This document shows positions 42,849 to 53,435 of a DNA stretch of 64,000 bases, piece after piece. How positions within the stretch are numbered: position 1 is the first letter of the stretch; every line of letters begins with the position of its first letter. The stretch is taken from NCBI GenBank assembly GCA_938084745.1, contig CALKEZ010000001.1, positions 1,127 to 65,126 of the forward strand. The letters are read 5' to 3'. The notes under the pieces were generated by a model. The model did no database searches and was not told the origin of the DNA. It was given only the letters and a program-made list of their open reading frames with translations. This DNA comes from an uncultured Gammaproteobacteria bacterium. Lineage in GTDB: Bacteria; Pseudomonadota; Gammaproteobacteria; Eutrophobiales; Eutrophobiaceae. The translations under genes and the position numbers were made by a program.

Positions 42849-43868
42849 ATGGATATTCAAACCGCACTCAATGATGTCATCAGTGGCAAGGATTTAAGTC
42901 GCACTGATATGCACAGCGTCATGCGAACGATCATGCAAGGTGACGCAACGCCAGCACAGATTGGCGGCTTGTTGGTCGCGCTACGCTTAAAAGGCGAAAG
43001 TGTCGATGAGATTACCGCAGCAGCTGAGGTCATGCGTGAATTGGCTACACGGGTTGACGTTGATAAAAATCACCTGGTCGATACCTGCGGTACCGGCGGT
43101 GATGGTGCCAATACATTTAATATCTCAACGACCTCCGCTTTTGTTGTTGCCGCAAGTGGTGCCAAAGTCGCCAAGCATGGTAATCGATCGGTTTCCAGCA
43201 AATCGGGCAGTGCTGACGTACTCGAAGCCGCCGGGATTAACCTGACATTAAGTGCACAACAGGTTGCCAGCTGCATTGAAAATGTAGGTATTGGTTTTAT
43301 GTTTGCGCCGATGCATCACAGTGCAATGAAGCACGCAATTGGACCACGACGGGAACTCGGCATCCGAACCTTGTTTAATGTACTCGGTCCGTTAACCAAT
43401 CCAGCTGGTGCGCCTAACCAGGTGATTGGCGTCTTTAGTAACGACTGGTTAGAGCCGTTGGCTGAAACATTGAAACAACTGGGCAGCAAACATGTGCTGG
43501 TCGTGCATGCCGAGGATGGCATGGATGAGATCAGCATTGCCGCCAAAACATCCATTACAGAATTAAAAGATGGCCACATCGATCATTATGAAATCACGCC
43601 AGAGGATTTCGGCATGCAGAGGCAGAGCATTGAAAAACTGGCGGTTAAAGACGTTGCCGAGAGTTTGTCGATGATGCAATCTGTGCTGGAGAATACTGAT
43701 GGGCCGGCAAAAGACATAGTCTGCCTAAACGCCGGGGCGGCGATATACGCTGCGGGTCTCGCCGACTCTATTAGCGAGGGAGTTGGAATAGCCATCAAAA
43801 CAATCGCATCTGGCACTGCAAAACTAAAACTGGAACAACTGATACAATATAGCCACTCATTTAAATAA
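42849..43868 (+). CDS. trpD: Anthranilate phosphoribosyltransferase
   Basis: [24 protein letters not shown] and GMDE. Confidence 0.97.
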   Translation: MDIQTALNDVISGKDLSRTDMHSVMRTIMQGDATPAQIGGLLVALRLKGESVDEITAAAEVMRELATRVDVDKNHLVDTCGTGGDGANTFNISTTSAFVVAASGAKVAKHGNRSVSSKSGSADVLEAAGINLTLSAQQVASCIENVGIGFMFAPMHHSAMKHAIGPRRELGIRTLFNVLGPLTNPAGAPNQVIGVFSNDWLEPLAETLKQLGSKHVLVVHAEDGMDEISIAAKTSITELKDGHIDHYEITPEDFGMQRQSIEKLAVKDVAESLSMMQSVLENTDGPAKDIVCLNAGAAIYAAGLADSISEGVGIAIKTIASGTAKLKLEQLIQYSHSFK

Positions 43869-43876
43869 TAAATCCT

Positions 43877-44683
43877 ATGCAAGCAGATACACCCGATATA
43901 TTGAAAGAGATACTTAACTACAAAGCCGAGTATGTCGCACAGGTTAAAAAATCATCCTCATTAAAAGAACAAAAAGCGAAAGCGGCTGATTGTCCTCCCG
44001 TGCGTGGTTTTACTTATAATCTGTCGAAGACCATCAAAGCGGGACAGCCCGGAGTTATAGCAGAGATCAAAAAGGCTTCTCCTAGTCGTGGTATCATACG
44101 GGAAGATTTTCAGGCCGACGCGATTGCCAAAAGTTATGCTGATGCCGGCGCCTGTTGCTTATCGGTACTGACCGATATCAAATATTTTCAGGGTTCCGAT
44201 GATTACCTTAAACAGGCGCACGCGGCCTGTAGTTTGCCAATACTGCGCAAGGATTTCATGATCGATCCTTATCAGGTCTATGAAGCCAGAGTGATTGGTG
44301 CTGACTGTATCCTGATTATTGTGTCGGCTTTATCTGACTTACAAATGCAGGAATTGGTTGGGGTTGCCAACGAGCTTGGACTGGATGTACTGGTCGAGGT
44401 ACATAACCGTGAAGAGCTCGAACGCGGCCTGATGCTTCGCACACCGCTGATAGGAATTAACAACCGGAACCTGCACACGTTTGAAACTGATCTGGATACT
44501 ACTCTTGGTCTGTTAACAGATGTTTTTCAAGACCGCACTGTCGTCACAGAAAGCGGCATTCACACCCAGGAGGAGGTAAATTTGATGCGTAAAAATAACG
44601 TTAATGCCTTTCTGGTAGGTGAAGCCTTTATGAAGGCAACAGATCCTGGCGCTGAGCTTAAAAAACTATTTTTTTCTAATTAA
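43877..44683 (+). CDS. trpC: Indole-3-glycerol phosphate synthase
   Basis: [26 protein letters not shown] and ESGI. Confidence 0.97.
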   Translation: MQADTPDILKEILNYKAEYVAQVKKSSSLKEQKAKAADCPPVRGFTYNLSKTIKAGQPGVIAEIKKASPSRGIIREDFQADAIAKSYADAGACCLSVLTDIKYFQGSDDYLKQAHAACSLPILRKDFMIDPYQVYEARVIGADCILIIVSALSDLQMQELVGVANELGLDVLVEVHNREELERGLMLRTPLIGINNRNLHTFETDLDTTLGLLTDVFQDRTVVTESGIHTQEEVNLMRKNNVNAFLVGEAFMKATDPGAELKKLFFSN

Positions 44684-44737
44684 TATATCGGCTTCAAAGG
44701 AAGTCGTTAAATCATATAAATAAAGGAGTATCTTGTA

Positions 44738-45625
44738 ATGATGACACGTAAATTAATACACAGTTTTATAGGCCTGATTTTATCATCATCGTTTATTAAC
44801 CTCGCCCATGCCGAAGGAGAGGGACTCGAACTGGCCTGGGAATTAACCGGTCTGGCCAATCCTGAATCCGTTGTTTACGATCCAAGGCTAAACCTGCTTT
44901 ACGTTTCCAACGTGAATGGCGGACCAAATGATAAGGATGGCAACGGTTATATCTCGCTCGTCTCCATGGACGGCAGGATAATCAATGAAAAATGGGTTAC
45001 TAATCTAAATGGACCGAAAGGACTCGCCCTATCCGGCAACATGCTTTACACCGCAGACATAGATGAGATTGTGACAATTGATGTTGACCACGGACGCATA
45101 CTAAACAAATACAAAATTGATGGTGCTAAATTTCTAAATGATGTTACCGCAACTGATACCGGCGATATTTATGTCTCTGATATGCTGACCAATAAAATTC
45201 ATTTGTTATCCGGTACTACAGTAACAACCTGGCTGGAATCGGATGAACTTGAATTTCCAAACGGCTTACTCTTTACCGAAGACGATATCATTCTCGGGAC
45301 CTGGGGCAAGATGACCGATGGCTTTGCAACAGAAGTTCCCGGACATCTAAAGCGTATTTCATTAAAGACGAAACAGATTTCGGACATTGGCGATGGTTCT
45401 CCTGTCGGCAACATGGATGGTGTTGAAGGCAATGATGACATCGGTTTTTATGTCACCGACTGGATGAACGGCACGCTTTTCCACATCAGTGCAAAAGGTG
45501 AAGTAACGACCCTGTTGGATTTAGATCAGGGCAGCGCAGATATTGAATTGGTACTGAAGAAACATCTGCTCATCATTCCAATGATGAATGACAACAAAAT
45601 GTTTGCCTATAAAATTCAACATTAA
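44738..45625 (+). CDS. Exported SMP-30/gluconolactonase-like beta-propeller protein
   Basis: Signal peptide AHA|E; PES, LND, PNG and MDG propeller metal-site motifs; AGGAG RBS. Confidence 0.8.
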   Translation: MMTRKLIHSFIGLILSSSFINLAHAEGEGLELAWELTGLANPESVVYDPRLNLLYVSNVNGGPNDKDGNGYISLVSMDGRIINEKWVTNLNGPKGLALSGNMLYTADIDEIVTIDVDHGRILNKYKIDGAKFLNDVTATDTGDIYVSDMLTNKIHLLSGTTVTTWLESDELEFPNGLLFTEDDIILGTWGKMTDGFATEVPGHLKRISLKTKQISDIGDGSPVGNMDGVEGNDDIGFYVTDWMNGTLFHISAKGEVTTLLDLDQGSADIELVLKKHLLIIPMMNDNKMFAYKIQH

Positions 45626-45640
45626 TCAATAGACCATAGC

Positions 45641-45681
45641 AAAAATCGCCGGCATGCCAGTCACATGCTGGCGATTTTTTT
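45641..45681. terminator. Bidirectional intrinsic terminator
   Basis: AAAAATCGCCGGCATG-CCAGTCA-CATGCTGGCGATTTTTTT inverted repeat with A/T tails on both sides. Confidence 0.85.
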
Positions 45682-45903
45682 GCATCCGACTTAACTCCGC
45701 CGAAATTATTTTTTTGGGATTGATAATAAATGTTAGTATTTTTTAAAATTTGTACTAATATCCGCAAATAAAATTAACTGTGTATAAACCCAATAAAAAA
45801 AGATAATCGGAACACTCGCTCACATACTGTGCCAACCTTACGCCCGGGGCTTTCTTTAGCCTCACCCCTGTGAAAAAAACAATCTACTTGTATAGCAAGT
45901 GCC

Positions 45904-46623
45904 ATGGACGTTGAACTACCGATAACTATCCTGCGTCAGCCGGATGACACGACTTGTGGTCCGACCTGTTTGCACGCGGTCTATAATTACTATGGTGAGG
46001 ATATCTCTCTGGATGAGGTTATTACTGACACGGAGACGTTGCAGGCTGGTGGTACGCTGGCAGTCTTTCTTGCCTGTGCCGCCCTGCGTCGCGGCTATAA
46101 AGCAACGATCTATACTTACAACCTTCAGGTTTTTGATCCGACCTGGTTTGCCTCGCCGGATATTGATATAGCAGAGCGCCTGATAAAACAGGCCGAAGCT
46201 AAAGAAGATAAAAAATTGCGCTTTGCAACCGAGGGCTATCTGGAGTTTCTAAGACTGGGCGGTAAGCTCCGGTATGTTGATCTGACTACCGGACTGTTAC
46301 GTAACATCATTCGACGTCGTCTGCCGATCCTCACCGGACTCAGCTCGACGTATCTTTATAAGACAAAACGAGATATTGATGACGAGCCTTCAGGTGATGA
46401 CATCCGAGGTTACCCGGATGGGCACTTTGTTATTTTGAGTGGTTACCACCGACATGATCGAACCGTATTAATTAATGATCCGTATGAGCCGAACCCGGTA
46501 TCGGGTTCACTCACCTATGCCATCAATATTGATCGGGTGATTTGTGCCATCTTGCTAGGCGTACTCACTTATGATGCCAACCTGTTAGTTATACAACCGG
46601 CCAATTCAAGGAAAAAGTCATGA
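45904..46623 (+). CDS. Peptidase C39-like (papain-fold) protein
   Basis: Q-x5-C (QPDDTTCGPTCL), GHFV (His) and NDP (Asp) give a catalytic triad. Confidence 0.85.
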   Translation: MDVELPITILRQPDDTTCGPTCLHAVYNYYGEDISLDEVITDTETLQAGGTLAVFLACAALRRGYKATIYTYNLQVFDPTWFASPDIDIAERLIKQAEAKEDKKLRFATEGYLEFLRLGGKLRYVDLTTGLLRNIIRRRLPILTGLSSTYLYKTKRDIDDEPSGDDIRGYPDGHFVILSGYHRHDRTVLINDPYEPNPVSGSLTYAINIDRVICAILLGVLTYDANLLVIQPANSRKKS

Positions 46624-48092
46624 ACATACTCCTGGTCGTAAACAACCCTAACAATTGGCCACTGCAAATTCCCGGGGTCAGTGTCGTCGCGGCACGCACC
46701 TACCTGACTGATCCGGCCTACTCTGAAGGTAAAAAAACGCGCGTCTTCAATCTGTGTCGTTCCTATAGTTATCAACGCACCGGTTATTATGTGTCACTGC
46801 TGGCCGCGGCACGCGGTCACAAACCGATGCCTGACATTAATACGATTCAGGATCTTAAATCACCCCATGTGATTCAGGCTATATCAGAAGACATGGAAGA
46901 ATTGATTCAAAAAAAGCTCAGTCATTTGCAATCCAAACGCTTTACCTTGAGTATTTATTTTGGTCGAAATATAGCGAAACATTATGATAGTTTGAGTTTG
47001 CGCTTATTTAATCTGTTTCAGGCGCCCTTACTACAAGCGCGGTTTGTCAAAAGAAAGACCTGGCAACTGGAATCCATTCGCACGATAACCGTGACGGACA
47101 TACCCGATAACCATCGCGACATTGTGATAGAGGCAGCTTCAAATTATTTTTCCGGCCGTAAACGTCGCGTCAAAAAAGGCACCACGACGCGATTTGATCT
47201 GGCGATATTGCATGACCCGGATGAAAAAGAACCACCGTCCAATGAAAAGGCCTTAAAAAAGTTTCAAAAAGCAGCAGAGTCTGTCGGACTGGACTGTGAA
47301 CTTATTACTAAAAATGATGTGAATCGTATTGCTGAATTTGATGGCTTATTTATACGTGAAACCACGCTGGTTGATCATCACACTTTTCGCTTTGCACAGC
47401 GTGCCGTAAATGAAGGCTTGATCGTTATGGATGATCCCAACTCGATACTTAAATGTACCAACAAGGTTTATCTGGCCGAATTAATGGCGCGGCATAATAT
47501 ACCCATACCCAAGACCATGATCGTGCATCGGTATAATATCGATCAGATAGAGAAAACCCTGGGCTTGCCCTGCATCTTGAAAAAACCAGACAGCGCATTT
47601 TCGATGGGCGTCTCCAAGGCGGAAAATCGGGAGGAATTAATCTCGACCGTAAAAACCCTGCTTGAAGATTCGGACCTTGTCATAGCGCAACAATTCCTGC
47701 CTACAAATTTTGACTGGCGTATCGGTATTTGTGATCGTAGGCCGTTATATGCCTGTCGTTACCATATGGCAGATGAGCATTGGCAAATAATCAAACGTGA
47801 TGCACTGGGTAATTCTACCGGTGAGGGTACTGCCGATACGATGGCGATTGGTGAAGCACCGGATGATGTAGTGAACATCGCGCTTAAGGCAGCAAACCTG
47901 ATAGGTGATAGTCTTTACGGCGTAGATTTAAAACAGGTTGGTCAAAAATTCTACCTGATTGAAATTAACGATAATCCAAACATTGATAGTGGTTGTGAAG
48001 ATCTGGTTCTGAAGGATGCGCTCTACCGGGAAATCATGGGGGTGTTTATCAAACGCATAGAAGCTCGCAAACTCGGCTTATATGGACGCTAA
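46620..48092 (+). CDS. RimK-family ATP-grasp ligase with N-terminal RLAN domain
   Basis: N-terminal NLCRSY.Y...GYYVSLLA.ARGH (RLAN); ATP-grasp motifs CTNK, KKPDSAFS.GV, QQFLP..DWRI, GVDLK and EINDNP. Confidence 0.9.
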   Translation: MNILLVVNNPNNWPLQIPGVSVVAARTYLTDPAYSEGKKTRVFNLCRSYSYQRTGYYVSLLAAARGHKPMPDINTIQDLKSPHVIQAISEDMEELIQKKLSHLQSKRFTLSIYFGRNIAKHYDSLSLRLFNLFQAPLLQARFVKRKTWQLESIRTITVTDIPDNHRDIVIEAASNYFSGRKRRVKKGTTTRFDLAILHDPDEKEPPSNEKALKKFQKAAESVGLDCELITKNDVNRIAEFDGLFIRETTLVDHHTFRFAQRAVNEGLIVMDDPNSILKCTNKVYLAELMARHNIPIPKTMIVHRYNIDQIEKTLGLPCILKKPDSAFSMGVSKAENREELISTVKTLLEDSDLVIAQQFLPTNFDWRIGICDRRPLYACRYHMADEHWQIIKRDALGNSTGEGTADTMAIGEAPDDVVNIALKAANLIGDSLYGVDLKQVGQKFYLIEINDNPNIDSGCEDLVLKDALYREIMGVFIKRIEARKLGLYGR

Positions 48093-49338
48093 AATGCCAA
48101 AACCACTCTCAATTTTTTCTGCCTATGGCATAGAAATCGAATACATGATTGTTGATCGAAAGCATATGAATGTAATGCCGATCACCGATAAAGTGCTGCA
48201 CCATGTTGCTGGTGAATATCGCAATGAAGTAGATCAGGGTGAAATCGCCTGGTCAAATGAATTGGTTTTGCATGTTATTGAAACAAAAACCAATGGTCCG
48301 GCTAAATCTTTGTTACAGGTACCGGAACATTTTTTAAAAAATATAAAACAGATACAAACGATACTCGATGAGATGGGCGCGCGCTTGATGCCAACGGCCA
48401 TGCATCCGTGGATGAATCCGTTTAAAGAAACGCGATTATGGCCACATGATTCCAAAGAGATCTACGACACCTATAACGGCATTTTCAACTGCCAGGGACA
48501 CGGTTGGTCAAACTTGCAAAGTATGCACATCAACTTGCCGTTTGCGAACGATAAAGAGTTTGCCTTACTGCATAGTGCGATACGTACCCTATTGCCCATA
48601 TTGCCTGCTTTGTCGGCGAGCTCGCCGATAGTGGAAGGTTCGTCTACCGGAATAATGGATACCCGGCTCGAGGCTTACCGTCAAAATTCAAAAATAATTC
48701 CGTCTATTACCGGACTGGTTGTACCTGAAGCAGTGATCAGTGAAAAAGAATATCAACGCTTAATTCTGAAACCGATGTACAAGGCGATTGCACCATTTGA
48801 TAAAGACAAGATATTACAGGATGAATGGTTAAATTCACGTGGTGCGATAGCTCGCTTTGATCGAAATGCGATAGAGATACGTGTATTAGACACACAGGAA
48901 ACACCTGCCGTTGATCTGGCCATAGCCAGTTTTATCATTCAGGTATTAAAAAAACTCTCGGATAAAAGCTGGTCCAATGTCATAGAACAAAATACACATG
49001 AGACCGCAGCCTTAGCACAAATACTGGATAAGGTAATAGTCGATGCTGATCAGGCCGTGATAGATGATCGTGACTACCTGCAATTGTTCTCGTTCCCGGA
49101 CAAGAAATGCAGTACTCAGGAATTATGGCAATACTGCCGCGAGTCAGTCGATCTGAATACAGGCGAATTTGCGGCATCAACCACATCAATAATTGATTTC
49201 ATTTTGAAAGAAGGCCCCTTGGCCAGACGTATATTGAATGCCACTGGCAATAGTGTTAAAAAATCCAGGCTACACGAAACCTATCGTGTGTTGTGTGACG
49301 CACTGCTTGAAGGAGAACCTTTTGTTGGCATCGATTAA
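48082..49338 (+). CDS. Glutamate-cysteine ligase family 2 (GCS2)-type carboxylate-amine ligase
   Basis: GIEIEY, NEL..HVIE, HPW, SMHIN, SSP and EIRVLD metal/ATP-binding motifs. Confidence 0.88.
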   Translation: MDAKMPKPLSIFSAYGIEIEYMIVDRKHMNVMPITDKVLHHVAGEYRNEVDQGEIAWSNELVLHVIETKTNGPAKSLLQVPEHFLKNIKQIQTILDEMGARLMPTAMHPWMNPFKETRLWPHDSKEIYDTYNGIFNCQGHGWSNLQSMHINLPFANDKEFALLHSAIRTLLPILPALSASSPIVEGSSTGIMDTRLEAYRQNSKIIPSITGLVVPEAVISEKEYQRLILKPMYKAIAPFDKDKILQDEWLNSRGAIARFDRNAIEIRVLDTQETPAVDLAIASFIIQVLKKLSDKSWSNVIEQNTHETAALAQILDKVIVDADQAVIDDRDYLQLFSFPDKKCSTQELWQYCRESVDLNTGEFAASTTSIIDFILKEGPLARRILNATGNSVKKSRLHETYRVLCDALLEGEPFVGID

Positions 49339-50030
49339 TGAATCTGATTGTTAGCTGTGAACATGGCGGGAACAAAATTCCAAAACGCTATCTGCCACTA
49401 TTTAAAAATAACCTATCACTATTAAACAGTCATCGTGGCTGGGATCCAGGGGCATTGATACTGGCAAAAAAAATAGCGCTCGATTTATCAGCACCGTTAT
49501 TTTATTCAACCACATCCCGCTTATTAATTGATCTGAATCGATCATTACACCATCCCGGACTATTTTCAGAATTCAGTAAACGTGCCGATGACACTATCCG
49601 GCAGAAAATAATTAACAGTATTTATATTCCCTATCGAACCGGGATAGTGGAACATATAAAAAAAATTAAATCAGCAACAAACCCGATATTGCATCTGTCG
49701 ATACATTCCTTTACCAATAAACTGGAAGGTATCGAACGTACTGCTGATATTGGACTGCTCTATGATCCGTCAAAGCTGTCCGAAAAGAATTTTTGCAGAA
49801 AATTAAAAACATCGCTCGAACAGGCTTTTCCGGACCTCATTATCAGATGCAACTATCCCTATCGGGGTAATGCTGACGGCTTTACAACATACCTGCGACG
49901 CCGTTTTAATGAACGTGACTATGCCGGCATCGAGATTGAGATCAATCAAAAACATGTTGTTAGTGATAATGTGGTCTGGTCTGAAATTAAAAAGAAACTT
50001 GGCAATTTAATATTAAATAACGTCAAATAA
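49338..50030 (+). CDS. N-formylglutamate amidohydrolase-family protein
   Basis: CEHGGN, HRGWDPGA, SRLLIDLNR, SIHSF, NYPY and EIEI; TAATG overlap with the upstream gene. Confidence 0.88.
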   Translation: MNLIVSCEHGGNKIPKRYLPLFKNNLSLLNSHRGWDPGALILAKKIALDLSAPLFYSTTSRLLIDLNRSLHHPGLFSEFSKRADDTIRQKIINSIYIPYRTGIVEHIKKIKSATNPILHLSIHSFTNKLEGIERTADIGLLYDPSKLSEKNFCRKLKTSLEQAFPDLIIRCNYPYRGNADGFTTYLRRRFNERDYAGIEIEINQKHVVSDNVVWSEIKKKLGNLILNNVK

Positions 50031-50068
50031 GCGATAAGCAAATTTTAATTTACAGGTAAGAGCAGCTA

Positions 50069-51133
50069 ATGTTGAATCACGACTTCATAGATTTACTTAA
50101 AGCCATCATACGGCAACCCAGTGTCGTCGGCGCAGAACATTCATTCTTTAGAGTCTTGCAGCGTGAGCTTGAAGAACGCGGCGCAAAAGTAACCTGGTAT
50201 GAGGGCTTATTGGTTGCGCAAGGTAGTGACCCGTTTAGTGCTATGTTTTCGGCACATATCGATCGTCATGGCCTTATCTGCACTGGACCGAATGAATTTC
50301 AGTTTGCTGCGTTTATCTCTGCGAACAGAACAGACCTGTTAAACAATTCGGTTTCAGAAGAATTAATGAGCAAGGTAACAGAACGTTTTCAATCCGAACC
50401 TGTTTTCGCTTACGAACCATGGTCAGGTGCCTACCGCGGTAATGGCATTATTAAAAAATCTTATGTCTGCGAGAACAGGAACAACCTGATATTCGAACTC
50501 GAGGGTCTGGGTGATGTTGTTGCAGGCACACCGATCGCCTTTAAAGATAAGCTCAAGATCAATAATAATCGACTCGAGGGTCAGCTCGACAATGTGTTAA
50601 GTGCCGCTGTGTTAGTACATTTATTCAGTCTTGGTTTTAAAGGCACTGCATTTTTTACAGCACAAGAGGAGGCAGGAAAAAGTTGGCGTTATTTACTGGA
50701 GTGGTTCCGTCGTTTCGGTGGCTCAACTAACCGACTGTTCGTTGTCGACACCAGTCCGTTTCCAGACATTGCCACAGCCAATGAACAACTGCTCGTGTTA
50801 AGAGAAAAGGATGCCAATGCCCCCTTTAATAAAGAGGCAACGGCACACATTGAAAAACTCTGTCGAAATAATGATCTCAGTTATTTATATAAAGACCGCT
50901 ATGTAGAAGCCGACAATGCCCGCTTGCAAAGCCAGGGCGAAAAGCCACGTTCATTGGGCAGTACCGAAATGGGCAGAATAATTGCAGCATCGAATGGCCT
51001 GGTAGACGGCACCACAATTCAGATCCCGACGACGGGTTATCACACCATGGAAGAATCTGCCGCTATCGAATCAGTCGAAGCATTTATAGACATTCTAACG
51101 TTATTAGCTAATGACGTTGCCTATTCAACGTAA
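50069..51133 (+). CDS. M42/M20-clan dinuclear metallopeptidase
   Basis: AHID, QLDN, QEE, VD and YH metal ligands of clan MH. Confidence 0.8.
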   Translation: MLNHDFIDLLKAIIRQPSVVGAEHSFFRVLQRELEERGAKVTWYEGLLVAQGSDPFSAMFSAHIDRHGLICTGPNEFQFAAFISANRTDLLNNSVSEELMSKVTERFQSEPVFAYEPWSGAYRGNGIIKKSYVCENRNNLIFELEGLGDVVAGTPIAFKDKLKINNNRLEGQLDNVLSAAVLVHLFSLGFKGTAFFTAQEEAGKSWRYLLEWFRRFGGSTNRLFVVDTSPFPDIATANEQLLVLREKDANAPFNKEATAHIEKLCRNNDLSYLYKDRYVEADNARLQSQGEKPRSLGSTEMGRIIAASNGLVDGTTIQIPTTGYHTMEESAAIESVEAFIDILTLLANDVAYST

Positions 51134-51195
51134 AGCGCTATCTGAATTTTATTCATTTAAATCCTGACTTCCCAAATAACAGAGTGATAGACAGA

Positions 51196-53079
51196 TCAAT
51201 TTATTTGCTGCCCGTAAGATTTAAAGTCGCGCGGATCGATCAGGTATTTCTTGAGTCGCGACATCACCGTTGTTGGTTTCATATCCAGTAACTCGGCAGC
51301 ACCACCTTCACCAAAAACTTTTCCCTGGCATTGATCAAGTGCAACCAGTAAATTGCGTCGGTCTCTGTCTTTAATTTCCGAGTCTGTAAGGACTGTTTTA
51401 TCATTTAAAATTTGCCGAGGAACGTTTTCATTATTAATAGAAACGAGTTCATTAAAACGTATGCTATTACCCTGGGCAAGAATGACCTGTCGCTCTATTA
51501 CATTTTCCAGTTCGCGAATATTACCGGGCCAATGATAGCTTTTAAGTTTTTCCAGTTCACTTAAGGAAATTTTAAGACCTGTTTTTTTTGCCCGTATAAC
51601 AGCGCGCTGAATAAAGTGCTGTGTCAATAATGGAATATCCTCCGGTCGATTGCGTAGCGGAACCGACTCAATCGGGAACACGTTCAATCTAAAATATAAA
51701 TCTTCGCGAAAATGTCCCTGCTCTACCTGTTTTTTTAATTTACGATTCGTTGCGGCGATGATCCGTACATCAACATTTCGGGTTTTTGATTCACCCACTC
51801 GTTCAAACTGCTGTTCCTGTAACACGCGCAGTAATTTTCCCTGAAGATGAAGCGGAATCTCACCAACTTCATCCAGAAACAAGGTGCCGCCATCGGCTAA
51901 TTCAAATCGACCCGGACGATCTGATGTTGCACCGGTAAACGCTCCCTTTGCATGACCAAAGAATTCGCTTTCAAAAAGATCTTCCGGTATGGCTGCACAG
52001 TTCACCCGAATTAAAGATCGTTGAGATCGTTCACTCATCTCATGTATAGCACGCGCTATTAATTCCTTACCTGTACCAGACTCACCATTTATCAATACAG
52101 TGGCATCGGTAGGTGCAACCAGATTGATTTGCTGCACAATATTCTGGATAGCAGGACTCTTGCCTATTATTTGATGGTGATTAAATTCAGAATTGATTTC
52201 TTCTTGCAGATAAGCATTTTCCATTTCCAGTCTGTTTTTCAGGTTTTGTACTTCGATCAACGCTTCCAGTAATCGTTTCTTGTCGGTCTTTTTTTGTGAT
52301 ACGTCATGAAAAATAACAACTGCACCTACAATAAAACCGTTGTCACGAATCGGCGTGCTGGTGTATTCAACATCAACGGGCTTGCCTGATTTCGACCAGA
52401 AAACATCTTCCTCAACGGTATGTACTGTCCCATCCCGAAAAGCCTCAAAGATCGGACATTGCTCAATCCCGAAATGAGAGCCATTCACACGACTATGATG
52501 GATCATGCTATGCATATTTCGCCCGGCCAGCTCTGCGGCACTAAAACCCAGGATGCGCTCAGCGGCGGGATTGACAAAAGTAGTGATGCCTTTTTCATCA
52601 ACGCCGTAAATTCCTTCACCAACCGCATCAAGTATCAGTTGGTTTTCTCTTTCGAATTCCTGGAAGACCCGACTGACCCGGTTCCAATGACCAATACCGG
52701 AAAGATAATGTCGCTGCGCATCGGACAACTCGCGTAACTGATCCAGTTCATCTGCCAATTGCAGGCTCAAATGAAGCTGTAACTGATCACTGCTTTCAAA
52801 ACTGCGACCTGTTACTTCCATGCGTAGTTCGCCTTTATTACAGGTAAGTAATAAATGGTCTGACCAGGCCCGGCCCTGATCGATGACTTCTTCGGTAAAG
52901 ACCACCATCGCCGGGAAACTGGGCGAGAATAAATGACTGGCACGTTGTGATTCAATTTCTTCAACACTCATTCCCAGTAAACGACAGATTTCCTGATTAG
53001 CACCGATAATCTTGTCTGATATTGGTTCAACGACTAACTGGGGAGTAGCTGAATAATAAAAAAAACTGTCATTGATCAT
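51196..53079 (-). CDS. Sigma-54 enhancer-binding protein (PAS-PAS-AAA+-HTH)
   Basis: [30 protein letters not shown] and C-terminal HTH; N-terminal PAS domains; start is ATG 53079 or TTG 53094. Confidence 0.93.
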   Translation of the reverse strand: MINDSFFYYSATPQLVVEPISDKIIGANQEICRLLGMSVEEIESQRASHLFSPSFPAMVVFTEEVIDQGRAWSDHLLLTCNKGELRMEVTGRSFESSDQLQLHLSLQLADELDQLRELSDAQRHYLSGIGHWNRVSRVFQEFERENQLILDAVGEGIYGVDEKGITTFVNPAAERILGFSAAELAGRNMHSMIHHSRVNGSHFGIEQCPIFEAFRDGTVHTVEEDVFWSKSGKPVDVEYTSTPIRDNGFIVGAVVIFHDVSQKKTDKKRLLEALIEVQNLKNRLEMENAYLQEEINSEFNHHQIIGKSPAIQNIVQQINLVAPTDATVLINGESGTGKELIARAIHEMSERSQRSLIRVNCAAIPEDLFESEFFGHAKGAFTGATSDRPGRFELADGGTLFLDEVGEIPLHLQGKLLRVLQEQQFERVGESKTRNVDVRIIAATNRKLKKQVEQGHFREDLYFRLNVFPIESVPLRNRPEDIPLLTQHFIQRAVIRAKKTGLKISLSELEKLKSYHWPGNIRELENVIERQVILAQGNSIRFNELVSINNENVPRQILNDKTVLTDSEIKDRDRRNLLVALDQCQGKVFGEGGAAELLDMKPTTVMSRLKKYLIDPRDFKSYGQQIN

Positions 53080-53172
53080 ATTTATTGGACTCAAAATAAA
53101 GGACGTAATACCAACGTTTTAGTAACGCTGTTTTGATATAGTTAGTAACTCTATCTCAACATCTATGCCAAC

Positions 53173-53225
53173 TACGAAATCTCGTTTTATTCACTATGAA
53201 ATATCGTGTATTACGAACTCTCGTA
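53173..53225. promoter_or_regulatory. Three TACGA-N4-TCGTA-type palindromes (putative UAS of the divergent activator)
   Basis: TACGAAATCTCGTT (53173-53186), TATGAAATATCGTG (53195-53208) and TACGAACTCTCGTA (53212-53225). Confidence 0.65.
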
Positions 53226-53292
53226 GTGATTTTTTATCTTACATAATCCTTTATATCCCTTTATATTCAACTAGTTAAAGAATTTCTCAGGC

Positions 53293-53309
53293 TTGGCCCC
53301 CCACTTGCA
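53293..53309 (+). promoter_or_regulatory. Sigma-54 (-24/-12) promoter of the cyanate operon
   Basis: TTGGCCCCCCACTTGCA is GG-N10-GC with TTGCA; IHF-like ATTCAACTAGTTA at 53265-53277; adjacent activator gene. Confidence 0.8.
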
Positions 53310-53435
53310 ATAGCCCTTACAGTGTGTGTGTTAACTGCGAGTCAAAACTTGCAAGTGATGCACCTTAATCACTTTGTTTTGTACAACGTGCACCGTAAAG
53401 ACGCATTACGATATCAACTTTAGAGGTAAGTGAAT

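Noticed and set aside
45819-45835. Minus-strand TTGGCACAGTATGTGAG sigma-54-like motif upstream of the peptide ligase operon
   Set aside because: The -12 position is GA rather than GC, it points away from the operon, and there is no supporting UAS/IHF layout
45690-45903. Search for a RiPP precursor peptide upstream of the C39/ATP-grasp operon
   Set aside because: The spacer is AT-rich with no credible RBS-ORF or repeated core motif, so a graspetide-type RiPP is not supported
53155-53171. Minus-strand TTGGCATAGATGTTGAG, a possible sigma-54 promoter for the activator gene
   Set aside because: The -12 position is GA rather than GC and it directly abuts the UAS repeats; possible but not supportable without TSS data
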